NCBI GenBank assembly: GCA_041665345.1
Contig: JBAYJA010000004.1
Coordinates: forward strand, 48,122 to 112,121
Reading direction: 5' to 3'
Origin: Patescibacteria group bacterium
GTDB lineage: Bacteria; Patescibacteriota; Patescibacteriia; PEXW01
Length of the DNA: 64,000 nucleotides
In this document: piece by piece, positions 37,846 through 50,198 of the stretch
Layout of the letters: the number at the start of each line of letters is the position of its first letter
How positions within the stretch are numbered: the first letter of the stretch is position 1
Made by a program: the position numbers and the translations under genes
The notes under the pieces: generated by a model
What the model was told of the DNA's origin: nothing
The model's input: the letters and a program-made list of their open reading frames with translations, nothing else
Database searches by the model: none

Positions 37846-38025
37846 AATAGTTCTCCATCTAAAAAAGCTCGTCTACCAAAGACGGGCTTTTTTTATGCAA
37901 AAAATTTAAGCAATTTTGCCATTGCGCTGATTGTACTTGACACTTCTCGTTTCCTGTGAGAATATGGCTCGAAAACTAAAAATCAACCATAAACATACAC
38001 AAACGTACTTTAAGAAAGGAACACA

Positions 38026-38598
38026 ATGAAGTGTGAAGAATTTTTTCGCCATCTGAGTACCCTGCTGGTCTATGACCTGATTCGCCAGGTGAAGGCTTTC
38101 CGCGATGACTTTGAAACGTGGTATTGCAAGACCGGGCACCAAAAAAGTCGCTTGCCATTGCTAGGCCACTACGATGTTGATCCAGAATCCTTCTATCTTC
38201 TGAAGGCGGTAAGGAAATACCTGAAAACGCAGATTTGGCCAACAGTTGAACGGGGAGGTGAGCCAGGCATGTTCGAATGTGAAACAATTGACTGTCTCCT
38301 TCGTACAAGCGCGGAAGACGTTTTCGACTTCAAGTCAGACACTTGGGTGGAGGAATCACCGTTTCCATTCTCAAGTTACTTACGGAACACATTCCGGCAG
38401 CGGGCAGTTGCGCAGATGGTCAAAGAAATCAAACGAGCCATACGAGACGAAAAAATCACAGACCCATTGAAACTGCATGACCTCGTTGCCGAGCACATTC
38501 TCAACCATATTGGAAGGATTGCCGTGAAATACACTCGGTCTCGAGGATCATTAACTGACTTTGTTTTATCAAAAGCCGCAGCCAAGTACGGCAAATAG
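38026..38598 (+). CDS. Hypothetical protein
   Basis: TTGACA promoter, AAAGGA RBS, terminator at ~38606-38636. Confidence 0.7.
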   Translation: MKCEEFFRHLSTLLVYDLIRQVKAFRDDFETWYCKTGHQKSRLPLLGHYDVDPESFYLLKAVRKYLKTQIWPTVERGGEPGMFECETIDCLLRTSAEDVFDFKSDTWVEESPFPFSSYLRNTFRQRAVAQMVKEIKRAIRDEKITDPLKLHDLVAEHILNHIGRIAVKYTRSRGSLTDFVLSKAAAKYGK

Positions 38599-38657
38599 CC
38601 GCCGCAAGCCTGTCTTACCAAGCGACAGGCTTTTTTATGGCCTCACATCTCAGTCAC

Positions 38658-39515
38658 CTACTGCAAAAACGCCCGCAGCGCTTCGTTCTGCAACGTATCA
38701 TTGTACCCCCGGGTAAAAACTGTATTTGCATTTGCATTGTCGATATCCCATGGGGCCATATTGAGGTTGGTCTTTGGGATCAAATACGTAAGCGCCACAT
38801 TTGGTGGGGGCACAAAATGCGCTATCTGTTGGATGTAGGCCAGCTGATTTTTACGGAACGTTTTGTTCCGTACCTTGGCTAAAAATTTGCTAAAGAGTAA
38901 ATTGCCCCTATTATCCTCAGCATGCCAACTATCAAAGATAAGAATTTTGGTTGCACCTTCCTGTATAGCTTTCGCAACATGCGGTTGGTAACTGGCTGAT
39001 GCAGTTGAGTCTGAGTAGTCTTTCCCGTTGATGGTTACCCCTTGGATATGAAAAAGGTTAGTGAAGAAGGGTACTGACTTTGCCGCCCGGAGCACTTCCC
39101 AGGTGTCAACAGCATCGGTGTTGGAAAAGTATTCCAGTTGGCCCGTTTTGGAATTGGTCAAAGGGAATAGTATCTTTATTGGCGAGGTGGCAACCTTCGC
39201 CATATCCAAAGGGTTATCTTTTTTTAAAACTGTATCAATTAAGTAATCAATGTCCACAACTTTCCAAAATCGCAAAAAATTTACAAATTTCTTGGTGGAG
39301 AGTGCTTTGCACCAGACATTTTTTATTGTCTCGTGTTGCCCAGTGACGTAGCACAAACTTGTTGCCGCGCTACCCGAGCATGCAATGATGATGTCTGGCT
39401 GTATTGGGTGTAATTGACACACCGCGTACAGAGAACCTGCGGTGTAGACAGTCCGAGCGGCTCCCCCGGCCAGAATCCAGGCAATTTTTTCTTTGGGTTG
39501 TTCTGACTCGTTCAT
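38658..39515 (-). CDS. Patatin-like phospholipase family protein
   Basis: AWILAGGAARTVYTAG, IIACSGS, AAKSVP, YSDS. Confidence 0.8.
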   Translation of the reverse strand: MNESEQPKEKIAWILAGGAARTVYTAGSLYAVCQLHPIQPDIIIACSGSAATSLCYVTGQHETIKNVWCKALSTKKFVNFLRFWKVVDIDYLIDTVLKKDNPLDMAKVATSPIKILFPLTNSKTGQLEYFSNTDAVDTWEVLRAAKSVPFFTNLFHIQGVTINGKDYSDSTASASYQPHVAKAIQEGATKILIFDSWHAEDNRGNLLFSKFLAKVRNKTFRKNQLAYIQQIAHFVPPPNVALTYLIPKTNLNMAPWDIDNANANTVFTRGYNDTLQNEALRAFLQ

Positions 39516-39584
39516 GGTTGCGAAAAATGTATTATCTACCTTTAGCGAAGGAGGAAATGCAGTCCACATACCCTCACCTCGCCA

Positions 39585-39651
39585 AGCCGAGGCATGCCTG
39601 CCCGCCGTACTCCGAGTGAAACTCGGAGGCAGGTGGGAAAGCCTCGGCTAC
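39585..39651. repeat. GTAG-type REP hairpin with a CCTGCCCGCC..GGCAGG element in its loop
   Basis: Outer AGCCGAGGC / GCCTCGGCTAC. The inner segment 39597-39637 matches 50524-50558. Confidence 0.6.
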
Positions 39652-39768
39652 CCTCCTTGGTTCAAAAAACTTACTCTGATGCATCTACACCGCAGCTTAG
39701 AGAAGCTGCTGCTGGGTTTTTTGGTCTTGGCTTACGGCCTACGGCTTACCGGCTTATGGCTTCCCCCC

Positions 39769-41220
39769 TCAGTTCTTCGGTCTCTCATCCACTACCCGCT
39801 TCTCCTTCAATTCGCTCTCCATGCCAATCATGCGGAGCACATCAGCGAGATCGCTCTTGCGGATACGGACGGAGACCCCGGTTTCGTTCAGCACGCTACG
39901 GTGAATGGTGTGTTCTAAGGCGCTGAAGTCCGCATGTGGCTTGGGCGCAACGTGGAGCACGAGCTCATCCACTTCAAAAGGATCGTCGTTCACTTTGCGG
40001 ATTTGGAGCTGCCACTCGTCTACGTCCGGCATGCCGGAGAGCAACGGGTAGAAAGCATTCAGATCCACCAACTCGCCCTTCACCTTGGTGAGGTTGAATT
40101 CTTTAATGTCGGAATTGCGGCGAATGTCTTTGCGGATCCTGGGCACGGTGCGGCCGCAGTGGGGACAGGGGCCGCGGTCAATCCCCTGCACCAAGTCACC
40201 TGTGCGGTAGCGCACCATCACTGTCCCACGCCAACCCAAGCTGGTAATTGCAAGTTCACCGGGTTGGCCATCCGGCACGCGATTGCCCTGCGCATCCACC
40301 ACCTCAAAGAATTCTTGGTCTGGGTAGGTGTGGTAGCCAGTTTCTTCACTGCACTGCACCCAAGCGGCCTTCCCTTCGGTGAGTGCGTACGTCGCAAAAA
40401 TCTTGGCCTCACCCGCGCCAACCTCCCGAAGCAGATCCTTCACTTTCGCCCGAAGTGCATCGCTTACTCGCTCACCGCCAAAGACAATGTACTGCAGGTT
40501 GGACCAATTTTTCTTCTGCGCCACGGCCTCCCGGAGAATGTGGTAGAAGTACCCAGGAATAGCAGTAACGACCTTGGCTTTCAGACGTTCAATGGCGTCA
40601 ATAATTTTCTGCGTACCCATCACTTTACCCCCACCGCTCTGGAGCGTCGTGAGCTGCAGGGACGAAGTGGCGTAGAAGGTTAGCCAAAAGGCCAGGTGTG
40701 GCGCGTATGGAAACGCATTCACCACCACCGCATCACCAGGAATGCCCATGGTGTTGAACAGCCGGTACGCGGATTCTTTCAGCGTGAGTAAATCTTTGGT
40801 GGTGTAGCCAACAACCGTGGGCAAAGCAGTGCGACCAGTGGTGAAGTGTAGGTGGGTGGGTTTGTACTCCCATTCCAACTTCTTCTTCACATCCTTTCCC
40901 AAAATTTTCTTCGCTACAATCCCCAAGAGTTTCCCTTTACTGGCGTACTGCTTCAGCAGGTGCTCATCTGGCTGCAGCATGAAGCCGCGGGGCCGGGCTG
41001 GGTCTTCCGCGGTTGGAGCAAGGTCAGCCTTGCTGGTGAAAGGCACTTTTTGTAAATCATCCGTGGATTGGATGTCAGCGAACCGAACATTGTGGTCGGC
41101 AAAGTGTTTGCGGAAAAACGGACTGTAGGGCAGTTCGTGACGGAAAAATGTGCGGAGCGCTCGGTTCTGGAGCGCGGCTATTTCTTCAGGGGCAAGGTGG
41201 TCCAGGGTGTGCCAATCCAT
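39769..41220 (-). CDS. Phenylacetate-CoA-ligase-like (PaaK/AMP-binding) enzyme
   Basis: SPFFR, DLQKVPFTSKADL, FTTGRTALP (variant P-loop), GGE, YALTE, GELAITSL, RYRTGD. Confidence 0.85.
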   Translation of the reverse strand: MDWHTLDHLAPEEIAALQNRALRTFFRHELPYSPFFRKHFADHNVRFADIQSTDDLQKVPFTSKADLAPTAEDPARPRGFMLQPDEHLLKQYASKGKLLGIVAKKILGKDVKKKLEWEYKPTHLHFTTGRTALPTVVGYTTKDLLTLKESAYRLFNTMGIPGDAVVVNAFPYAPHLAFWLTFYATSSLQLTTLQSGGGKVMGTQKIIDAIERLKAKVVTAIPGYFYHILREAVAQKKNWSNLQYIVFGGERVSDALRAKVKDLLREVGAGEAKIFATYALTEGKAAWVQCSEETGYHTYPDQEFFEVVDAQGNRVPDGQPGELAITSLGWRGTVMVRYRTGDLVQGIDRGPCPHCGRTVPRIRKDIRRNSDIKEFNLTKVKGELVDLNAFYPLLSGMPDVDEWQLQIRKVNDDPFEVDELVLHVAPKPHADFSALEHTIHRSVLNETGVSVRIRKSDLADVLRMIGMESELKEKRVVDERPKN

Positions 41221-41256
41221 AAGCGTATGGGTTAAAGAGCGCCCAGCATTGCTGCT

Positions 41257-41904
41257 TTAAGCGGGCGACGGGAACGGGGAAGGCCGGTTGGAAAGCTGGC
41301 CAATTGGATCCATGATGGCACGCGTGGTCTGAATGAGCAACTCCTTGGTGATCTGCTCGTCCGGGGTTTTGGGGAAACGCAACGGGGCGCCAATACGGAG
41401 CGTCATATCTTTCCGGGGGGTAAGGAAGGCACGGAGTCCTTGATTAAATGACCACGTTGCCGGACCTTGAAAGCCAAAAGGAACCACGGGTGCCCCAGAC
41501 CACAAGGCTAATCTGGCAACTCCAGTTTTTCCGGGTAAAACGAAAGGGGCAGAGTTCCGCATGCCTTCGGGGAATATACCCACAGGGTTTCCGGCGGCTA
41601 ATTCACGTCGCAGCTCCACTAAGCAGGCATCGGGCGCTGCTTCATTTTTTTCTACCAAATGCACCCAGCGTCGCGCAAATTTCTTCCCCAGCATGTGGGT
41701 AATGATATCCATGGCCACGAAGGTAATGGGCCGCCGGACGTGGCTGTACACTTCAGCAAAAATGAACGCTGGATCGGCTGATCCAACGTGATTGCCAGCA
41801 AGAATAAAAGGTCCAGAGCGTGGGAGATGCTCTGTTCCCAGAACTTCCCGAAACCGCCAACGCGCAATGGGGATGAGCCAGTGCAGGCCAAGGTAGGATT
41901 TCAT
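41257..41904 (-). CDS. Lysophospholipid acyltransferase (PlsC family)
   Basis: NHVGSAD (HX4D), IFPEG, KTGVARLA. Confidence 0.9.
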   Translation of the reverse strand: MKSYLGLHWLIPIARWRFREVLGTEHLPRSGPFILAGNHVGSADPAFIFAEVYSHVRRPITFVAMDIITHMLGKKFARRWVHLVEKNEAAPDACLVELRRELAAGNPVGIFPEGMRNSAPFVLPGKTGVARLALWSGAPVVPFGFQGPATWSFNQGLRAFLTPRKDMTLRIGAPLRFPKTPDEQITKELLIQTTRAIMDPIGQLSNRPSPFPSPA

Positions 41905-42527
41905 CCAACGTATGTTTTGCTAGCGAGGGTTGCCACAGGAGTCATGATAGCACGCATGACAGTGTCCAGGAGCGGCCGGTCTATTGTTCGGTTGTGAAAC
42001 TCTTGTAGATTGATTGCAGAACCAATGGCAATGCGAACCTTGCCAAAAAACATATCTTGGAAGTGCTCACGTTCGGTCTGTGCTGGGGGCGTTGTTCGCT
42101 GCAAACCAACGGGGAAGACAGGCACCTTCGTTTGGAGCGCCAAACGTGCAGCACCAGTTTTCACTTTGGCAATGGTCGGTAATGGATTCACCTTTGCCTC
42201 CGGGTAGATAAGGACAAGTTCACCAGCCTCCAGGTACTGCTGCGCCAGGTGGAGTGTTTGCTGCGGGTCAGCGGCTAATGGAATCGTTTCCAGCCAGGGA
42301 TGCAGGGGCCAGGTTTCAAAAATTTTCCACTTGGTAATGGCATGCACTTTCCGGCCACCGGTAGCCAGGATGACCGCGGTCATGAGCAAGATGGGATCTT
42401 GCAGACCCACGTGGTTGGCCACGAACAAGGCCGGACCGGATTTGGGAATTGTACCCAAACCCTCCGCCGACGCTATACGCCGGCGGAGGAGTGGTCCAAA
42501 GATGTGTCTGGAAAATGCGTAGGCCAT
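41901..42527 (-). CDS. Lysophospholipid acyltransferase (PlsC family)
   Basis: NHVGLQD (HX4D), IYPEA, KTGAARLA. ATGA overlap with the next gene. Confidence 0.9.
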   Translation of the reverse strand: MAYAFSRHIFGPLLRRRIASAEGLGTIPKSGPALFVANHVGLQDPILLMTAVILATGGRKVHAITKWKIFETWPLHPWLETIPLAADPQQTLHLAQQYLEAGELVLIYPEAKVNPLPTIAKVKTGAARLALQTKVPVFPVGLQRTTPPAQTEREHFQDMFFGKVRIAIGSAINLQEFHNRTIDRPLLDTVMRAIMTPVATLASKTYVG

Positions 42528-42546
42528 GGTTGGCCTGTGACCAGGA

Positions 42547-44553
<2,007 letters not shown>

Positions 44554-44592
44554 ACAATTAGATTACGAAAGGAAATGGAAAAATGGAGAAAA

Positions 44593-45972
44593 CTACTCTG
44601 CCTTGGCTTCAGCCGCAGGCGCTGGTTCTTCTGGTTTGGCCTCAGCTGGTGCTTCCACTTCTGGAGCAGCAGGTTCGGCCGGCGTTTCTGCGGTTGCCTC
44701 AGGGGCTGCGTCAGTCGGCGCTGCCACGGCGTCAGCAGCTGGGCGAGGTTCACCACCTTCTCCTACAATATCAATGCGCCACCCAGAGAGTTTGGCAGCT
44801 AACCGGACGTTTTGTCCAGCCTTGCCAATAGCCAGAGAAAGTTGATCCTCTTTGACCTCCACCTTGGCAGTGTGGCTGGCTTCGTCCAGGGAAATGGAAA
44901 TGACCTTGGCGGGTGAGAGCGCGTTGCCGATGAATGCCACGGGATCGTCGGACCATTCAATAATATCCACCTTCTCACCGCCGAGTTCGTTAATGACGGT
45001 TTGCACACGGCTGCCCCGCTGACCCACGCACGAACCAATGGGATCAATGTTCGGCTGGGTGCTGGCCACCGCAATTTTGGTGCGGTGCCCGGCTTCACGC
45101 GCCACGGCTTTAATGTCCACGGTGCCATTCTGAATTTCCGGCACTTCCACGGAGAAGAGCTTCTTCACCATTTCCGGGTGCGCGCGGGACACCACAATTT
45201 CTGGACCCTTCGTCGTCGCGTTCACGGACACAATGTACACCTTCAACCGGCTACCAGCGCGGTACTGTTCGGTTGGCAACTGCTCACTAGGGGGCATAAT
45301 GCCCATGGTGTGCCCAATGTCGAAAATCACCAAGCGACCTTCCTGGCGCTGGACGGTGGCGTTAATCAATTCACCTTCACGATCTTTGAATTCTTTGAAC
45401 ACCATGTCGCGCTCTGCTTCGCGCAGCTGCTGGATGATCACTTGCTTGGCAGTTTGCGCAGCCATGCGGCCGTAGGAGGCAGGTGGGAAAAGTTCGGTGC
45501 GAATCACATCACCCACCACCGAACCGGGCTTCAACTTTTCGGCATCCGAGACGGTGATCTCCGTCTTTGGGTCAAAACGTTCAAAGGCGGATTCTGCTGC
45601 TTCTTCCGTTGCTACCTCGGGTGCAGCTACAGGTGCTTCCACAGGCGCATCTTCTGGCCGGACGACAATTTCCCCAGCCGCAACTTTCGCTTGGCGTTCG
45701 GCTTCCTCTGCTTCCAACCGAGCTTTGCGCTCGGCGTCGTAGGCTTCGGTTTGGGCTTTCTTGGCATCTTCCACCACCGTTTTCACGTCAAAGACCCGGC
45801 TGGATCCGTCTTCAAGACTAAAATCCACCTTCACGTTTTGGTCTTTCTCACCAAAATCTTTGCGGTAGGCAACTGCTAGCGCAGCTTCCACCGTGTGCAC
45901 AATCGCCTCCATGGGAATGTGCTTCTCATCGGCGATCTGCTGCATTGCGGCTACAATTGGGCTTTCGGCCAT
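44593..45972 (-). CDS. nusA: Transcription factor NusA
   Basis: GRMAAQTAKQ, S1 domain, AREAGHRTKIAV, GSCVGQRG, SLAIGKAGQNVRLA. Confidence 0.97.
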   Translation of the reverse strand: MAESPIVAAMQQIADEKHIPMEAIVHTVEAALAVAYRKDFGEKDQNVKVDFSLEDGSSRVFDVKTVVEDAKKAQTEAYDAERKARLEAEEAERQAKVAAGEIVVRPEDAPVEAPVAAPEVATEEAAESAFERFDPKTEITVSDAEKLKPGSVVGDVIRTELFPPASYGRMAAQTAKQVIIQQLREAERDMVFKEFKDREGELINATVQRQEGRLVIFDIGHTMGIMPPSEQLPTEQYRAGSRLKVYIVSVNATTKGPEIVVSRAHPEMVKKLFSVEVPEIQNGTVDIKAVAREAGHRTKIAVASTQPNIDPIGSCVGQRGSRVQTVINELGGEKVDIIEWSDDPVAFIGNALSPAKVISISLDEASHTAKVEVKEDQLSLAIGKAGQNVRLAAKLSGWRIDIVGEGGEPRPAADAVAAPTDAAPEATAETPAEPAAPEVEAPAEAKPEEPAPAAEAKAE

Positions 45973-46077
45973 GGGCGTACGTATGTAAAAAAAGAAACAG
46001 TCTCCATATGGACTGCTTGGCTAGAGTATACAGGGAACCTGGGGAATGTCAAGGTCAGTAAATAAGGAGGGAGTGTT

Positions 46078-47038
46078 TTATGTACGGACATTTGGCGGGT
46101 TGGAACGAAGATACTTCCCTAGAAATTCATTTGGCGTTACGCCCTGTAGTCCGCAGTGCTCCAGGTTGTTGTACGTAGTATTCCACTGCACTAGCTTCCT
46201 GTGCAACTCCGCAGCGGAGGCAAAGGTGTTGCGATCATAGAAAGTCTCCTGGTCGGAGCGGTGGGATCGTTCCACAGTACCGTTCTGCGCTGGCTTCCCT
46301 GGATCAATGAGGTAGTGGGCGATGTCGTGCACCGCACAGTACTGGTCGAGGCCATGGACGGTCTGCACGGTCAGGTCGCTCCGTCGGTTCGTTCCCACAT
46401 ACCGGTTGGTGAAGATGCTCCCGTTATCGGTCTTCACGGCCTGGATGCGGGTGCGGGAAGTGCCGCCGCACCTCCTGCAAGAATCGTATGGCGTGCCAGG
46501 TGCTCTCGTGCTCGTAGATGGCGAGGTACCGCCAGCGTGAGGCACAGTCGATAGCGGTGTACTGGTAGTATTTCAGCCCTGCCACTGCGCCAGGAACGTG
46601 CTTCACGTCTATTTCGACCAGTTCTCCTGGCTGCCGCTCGGCTTTGAGGTATTTGTACTTTATGCGCTTCGTTCGGTACCGCCGAACTAACCCCTCAACT
46701 TTGAGGATCTTGCCAACAGTCCGTTCATGCAGACAGACACCCTCTTTCGCTAACCGCCACGCCAGTTTCAGGGCGCAGAGTTTCGTGGCCTTGCGGAGGG
46801 CGATGACCTGTTCTTTGGTGTGCATGGGTGTCTCCTGGGGGTGGGTTTTCGGCCTGGTGGACTTTGGCACCAGTCCGGTGGCACCGTGCTGGCGATAGAG
46901 GGTCACCCATCGCTCGAGAGTGCGTTGACCGTACGGGAAGACCTTGGCCACATCACAGAGCCGCACCTGCTTCTCGATGATTGGCAGAACCCAACGCAAC
47001 CGTTCTTCTTGGATTGTAGTGACCATATGGGTAGACAT
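46078..47038 (-). pseudogene. IS481/rve DDE transposase split by a 1-nt frameshift
   Basis: HTH plus EIDVK..AIDCASR in one frame; TDNGSIF...QNGTVERSH...YN...H in the next. Deleting one C from CACCCGC (~46450) gives FPHRIQAVKTDNG. Confidence 0.85.
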
Positions 47039-47075
47039 TTCCCCAGTGTATGGGAAACCGCCATATGTCTGTACA
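46081..47075 (-). mobile_element. IS481-family insertion sequence
   Basis: Terminal IRs TGTACGGACATTTGGCGG / TGTACAGACATATGGCGG (16/18 identical), TGT..ACA ends, ~995 bp. No perfect target duplication seen. Confidence 0.85.
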
Positions 47076-47153
47076 CATTACCGGAGGGCATTGACAAAAT
47101 GCATATAATAACTTATACTATAAGTAGTAAGTTAATAATTAATCCAAAATTTT

Positions 47154-47645
47154 ATGGGCATAGAATCAGGAAGACCCTCGGGAGTAGAAATGGGTCTAAC
47201 TCCAAAAGTAGACTCCATTGACGATGACTTAGATCTTGTTTCCGAAAAAAAAGAAGTGAAGGATGTCGTCCCGGGTGATTGGATGCAAGTGGATAGCATG
47301 GTAGTTACTAATGACATTTCGCTTGGGAAAAAAGATTCGATTGTTGAGCGGAGTAATGACACGAATGATTCTGGAAAGTACGAAAGCAATAATGGCGTAC
47401 TTACCTATGTTACCCCTAAGGGGGAAAAATTTGTTGGCCCACGAACAGATGCACAGCTTCAGGCATTAGAGGATGCAGGGTATGAGCGACAAGGCATGTT
47501 TGTCCCCCTGTCCCATGGTGAGATGCCAATGGATCCGGAGCAACGTAAATTGTGGAAAGACATGTTAGCACGAGGCAGTGGACAAGTTGAAAAAGAGAAT
47601 CAAGAGGCTCGAGAAAAAGAATATCGGAAATCAGCAGAGAAATAA
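47154..47645 (+). CDS. Hypothetical protein (AT-rich islet)
   Basis: TTGACA promoter at ~47091, 163-aa ORF, hairpin at ~47663-47696. Confidence 0.7.
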   Translation: MGIESGRPSGVEMGLTPKVDSIDDDLDLVSEKKEVKDVVPGDWMQVDSMVVTNDISLGKKDSIVERSNDTNDSGKYESNNGVLTYVTPKGEKFVGPRTDAQLQALEDAGYERQGMFVPLSHGEMPMDPEQRKLWKDMLARGSGQVEKENQEAREKEYRKSAEK

Positions 47646-47917
47646 TATCTATACAATCCAATAAACCCCTTCACATATCTTCTATGTGAAGGGGTTGTTG
47701 TATAGATTTATAAAAACTCTCCCCGCCCACTTGGATTTCATTAGAAAATATAGCGATTACTCCTGGTCGCCACCAATACCCCCATGCTGGCATAGTATCG
47801 AAAATGGACAATACTAGAGACGTTCTTATTCTTTAATTCGCAAAATAACGAGTTAGCTAGAATGACTAAAAATCTTAATCCAAATTTAAGTATGGCAACC
47901 CAAATGCTGAAAAAATA

Positions 47918-48298
47918 TTGTTGTTCGTGATTGTGTTAGTAATAGTTCTTGCTGCTACGTTACTTACCTTCTATCAAATGGAATCAAAAGGGAATTCCAA
48001 TGTAGTTGTAGGTAGCGCCAATACATCATTAGTTAATAATAGTAATTCATTTCCGATCTCAAACATCCAAAAGAATATTAACGCATCTCTTAATAATCTT
48101 GATATAAGTCTGAATATTTTTGTATTGAAGACTTGTTTAGATTCAGCTCAAAGTGATTTTGATGATCGTTACAGAAATACCTGTAAACAGGAAGGAATGA
48201 ACTATGTTTGTGATTTTTATGCACCTGTTTTTGATAAAAAATTTCAAGATGGAAAAACTAAATGTTTTGATGACTTTGGAACGTCAGTGTCTAAATAG
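47918..48298 (+). CDS. Hypothetical membrane-anchored protein, start possibly frameshifted
   Basis: Hydrophobic N-terminus, N/S-rich linker, 4-Cys C-domain. Very AT-rich. Confidence 0.55.
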   Translation: MLFVIVLVIVLAATLLTFYQMESKGNSNVVVGSANTSLVNNSNSFPISNIQKNINASLNNLDISLNIFVLKTCLDSAQSDFDDRYRNTCKQEGMNYVCDFYAPVFDKKFQDGKTKCFDDFGTSVSK

Positions 48299-48447
48299 TT
48301 GTTGCATAACATCCTTTTTGTGACTCTCGTGTGCAGGGGGATGCCTCGTGATGTCGCGAGTTTGGTTTTTACTTGAAAAATCCTTTGTCCGTTGATAGTA
48401 TTATCTTATCTCGTCAGTCAATTCATCTATATCAATCATCCACAAGT

Positions 48448-48822
48448 ATGCGAGAAAATACCTCAAACCACGTTGAGCAAGCATATACTGAAGCAACTAC
48501 CCAACGTATTGAGCCAACGAAATTCCTCACAAAACATGAGGAAGCAATTACCACAGCTGATGCTGAAAGAGCAGACGGTAGTGAATGTGGCTTTACGGTT
48601 GTGATGCGGATATTAGCCTCCGAAACCCAGTCTTTTCCCAGGGAGCGGATGATGAAAGAGATTGAAGAAGAAATTCGGGAAAATCAAAAGTTGAACGACA
48701 CCGTAGATGAAGCTGAAGTGGAAAAGCATCTTCAACGTTACAATGTTGTCGTAGAGAATCTACTACAATCAGGAGTTCTGGTTGAAGAAGAAGGAATATT
48801 AAAACTTGAAAGAACTGTGTAG
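48448..48822 (+). CDS. Hypothetical acidic protein
   Basis: ORF of 124 aa with a possible winged-helix-like end (NLLQSGVLVEEEG). Confidence 0.55.
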   Translation: MRENTSNHVEQAYTEATTQRIEPTKFLTKHEEAITTADAERADGSECGFTVVMRILASETQSFPRERMMKEIEEEIRENQKLNDTVDEAEVEKHLQRYNVVVENLLQSGVLVEEEGILKLERTV

Positions 48823-48999
48823 GATTTTGCAGAAGCCTTATTATTGTTAGACTCTTTACTAGGTCGTAAAGTAGTAACCCTGTAAGAATCAAAAATTTTT
48901 GTAAACCTCTTACTCTTGCGTGAGGGTACTTTAGCGTAAGTTTTTTTTCATTCTCTCCATCTTGACCAGATGGGTAGACTCGCCTACCCTCTATAGCAT

Positions 49000-49542
49000 A
49001 TGCCAAATCTCGTGCCCGTCGCCACCACGACCAGACACACGTTCCACACCAAGCACCGGCAAGAATTCATTACCATCACCCAGCAGGTGGAGGCGGCAAT
49101 TGCTGCATCCGGCGTGCAGATGGGGACAGTGACCATTCAGAGCCTCCACACCACGGCCAGCATTTGGGTAAACGAAGATGAAAAAAATTTGATTGGCCCA
49201 AACCAGAAGCTGGGCTACACCAGTGACTTGTCCCGGGTGTTGGATCGGTTTGCCGATCCAGAAGAAGACTACGGGCACAATGACGTGCGCGATGCCCGGA
49301 ATCCCAAAGGCAAGCGAGACACCCACCTGTGCGATGCTGACTCCTGCGGCATTGTGCATGAGTGCATCAACGGCCACGCGCATGCTCAGGCCATGATCCT
49401 CCCCTGCTCCGTCACCATGATTGTGGAAAATGGAAAGTTGGTAAAAGGTCGGTGGCAGCAGATCATGCTCATTGAGCTGGACCACGACCGCGAACGCCAA
49501 GTAACGATTCTTGTGCAGGGCATCGGGGAGAAAAAAGCGTAA
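49000..49542 (+). CDS. yjbQ: YjbQ/UPF0047 family protein
   Basis: FITIT, HTTASIWVNE, Y.HND, NGHAH, GRWQQIMLIELD. Confidence 0.9.
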   Translation: MPNLVPVATTTRHTFHTKHRQEFITITQQVEAAIAASGVQMGTVTIQSLHTTASIWVNEDEKNLIGPNQKLGYTSDLSRVLDRFADPEEDYGHNDVRDARNPKGKRDTHLCDADSCGIVHECINGHAHAQAMILPCSVTMIVENGKLVKGRWQQIMLIELDHDRERQVTILVQGIGEKKA

Positions 49543-49646
49543 CCAAGAATATACCAATACCAGAGCAGCCTCTCCAGGCTGCGATGCTTTTCCGATTAAA
49601 AAAACCCGCTCCATGGTGGGCGGGTTAAAAATTCAAATAGCAGGGT

Positions 49647-50114
49647 TCAATCGAGCCAATAGTAGGTGATTGCGCCGTCTTCATGCAAATCATCAACTTC
49701 ATTGAGAGCTTTGTCGATTTGCATTTTCACGTCTTCTCCTGTCGGTTCGGTTTTGAAAAAAAGCAGTAGGTGCACCATGAAGCATTCTTTTTCCGACGGA
49801 TGTGGGACAACTTTTATGGTGTTCCCGGTACTGTCTCTCGTAAACGGATCGAAGATTGCGTGCAGGAGCAACGTAGCGTTCTCAGAAAACGTAGGAGACA
49901 GTTCATCGAAAGGGAGTAAGACATATCGTTCATACGTTTGCCGGTACAGCCAGCCTTGGTAATAAAGTATGAGCTGACCAGTATGCTGGTGATGTGACAG
50001 AGTGGCCCAGTTCATGCACAGACCTAAATCGTCAAGTGACCGTACAGCATTCCCTGGACTGTCACACACTAGTGATTTAAACTCCGGCTTCCCTTGTAAT
50101 GTAACAAATGACAT
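49647..50114 (-). CDS. Hypothetical protein
   Basis: AAGGAGGA RBS and downstream hairpin. Confidence 0.7.
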   Translation of the reverse strand: MSFVTLQGKPEFKSLVCDSPGNAVRSLDDLGLCMNWATLSHHQHTGQLILYYQGWLYRQTYERYVLLPFDELSPTFSENATLLLHAIFDPFTRDSTGNTIKVVPHPSEKECFMVHLLLFFKTEPTGEDVKMQIDKALNEVDDLHEDGAITYYWLD

Positions 50115-50198
50115 TGTTCCTCCTTCTTAGTTTTTGCTTTTTCTTTACACATCATCCTATCCTTCGGACGTTTGCTCGTCAAGCGCTATACTACCTCC

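Noticed and set aside
45540-45780. Acidic Ala/Glu/Pro insertion in NusA (and the RGG tail of PNPase)
   Set aside because: Low-complexity extensions are common in these proteins and no new function is evident.
48593-49006. Minus-strand 137-aa ORF as a gene or recombinase remnant
   Set aside because: Overlaps a better plus-strand ORF and has no convincing motif.
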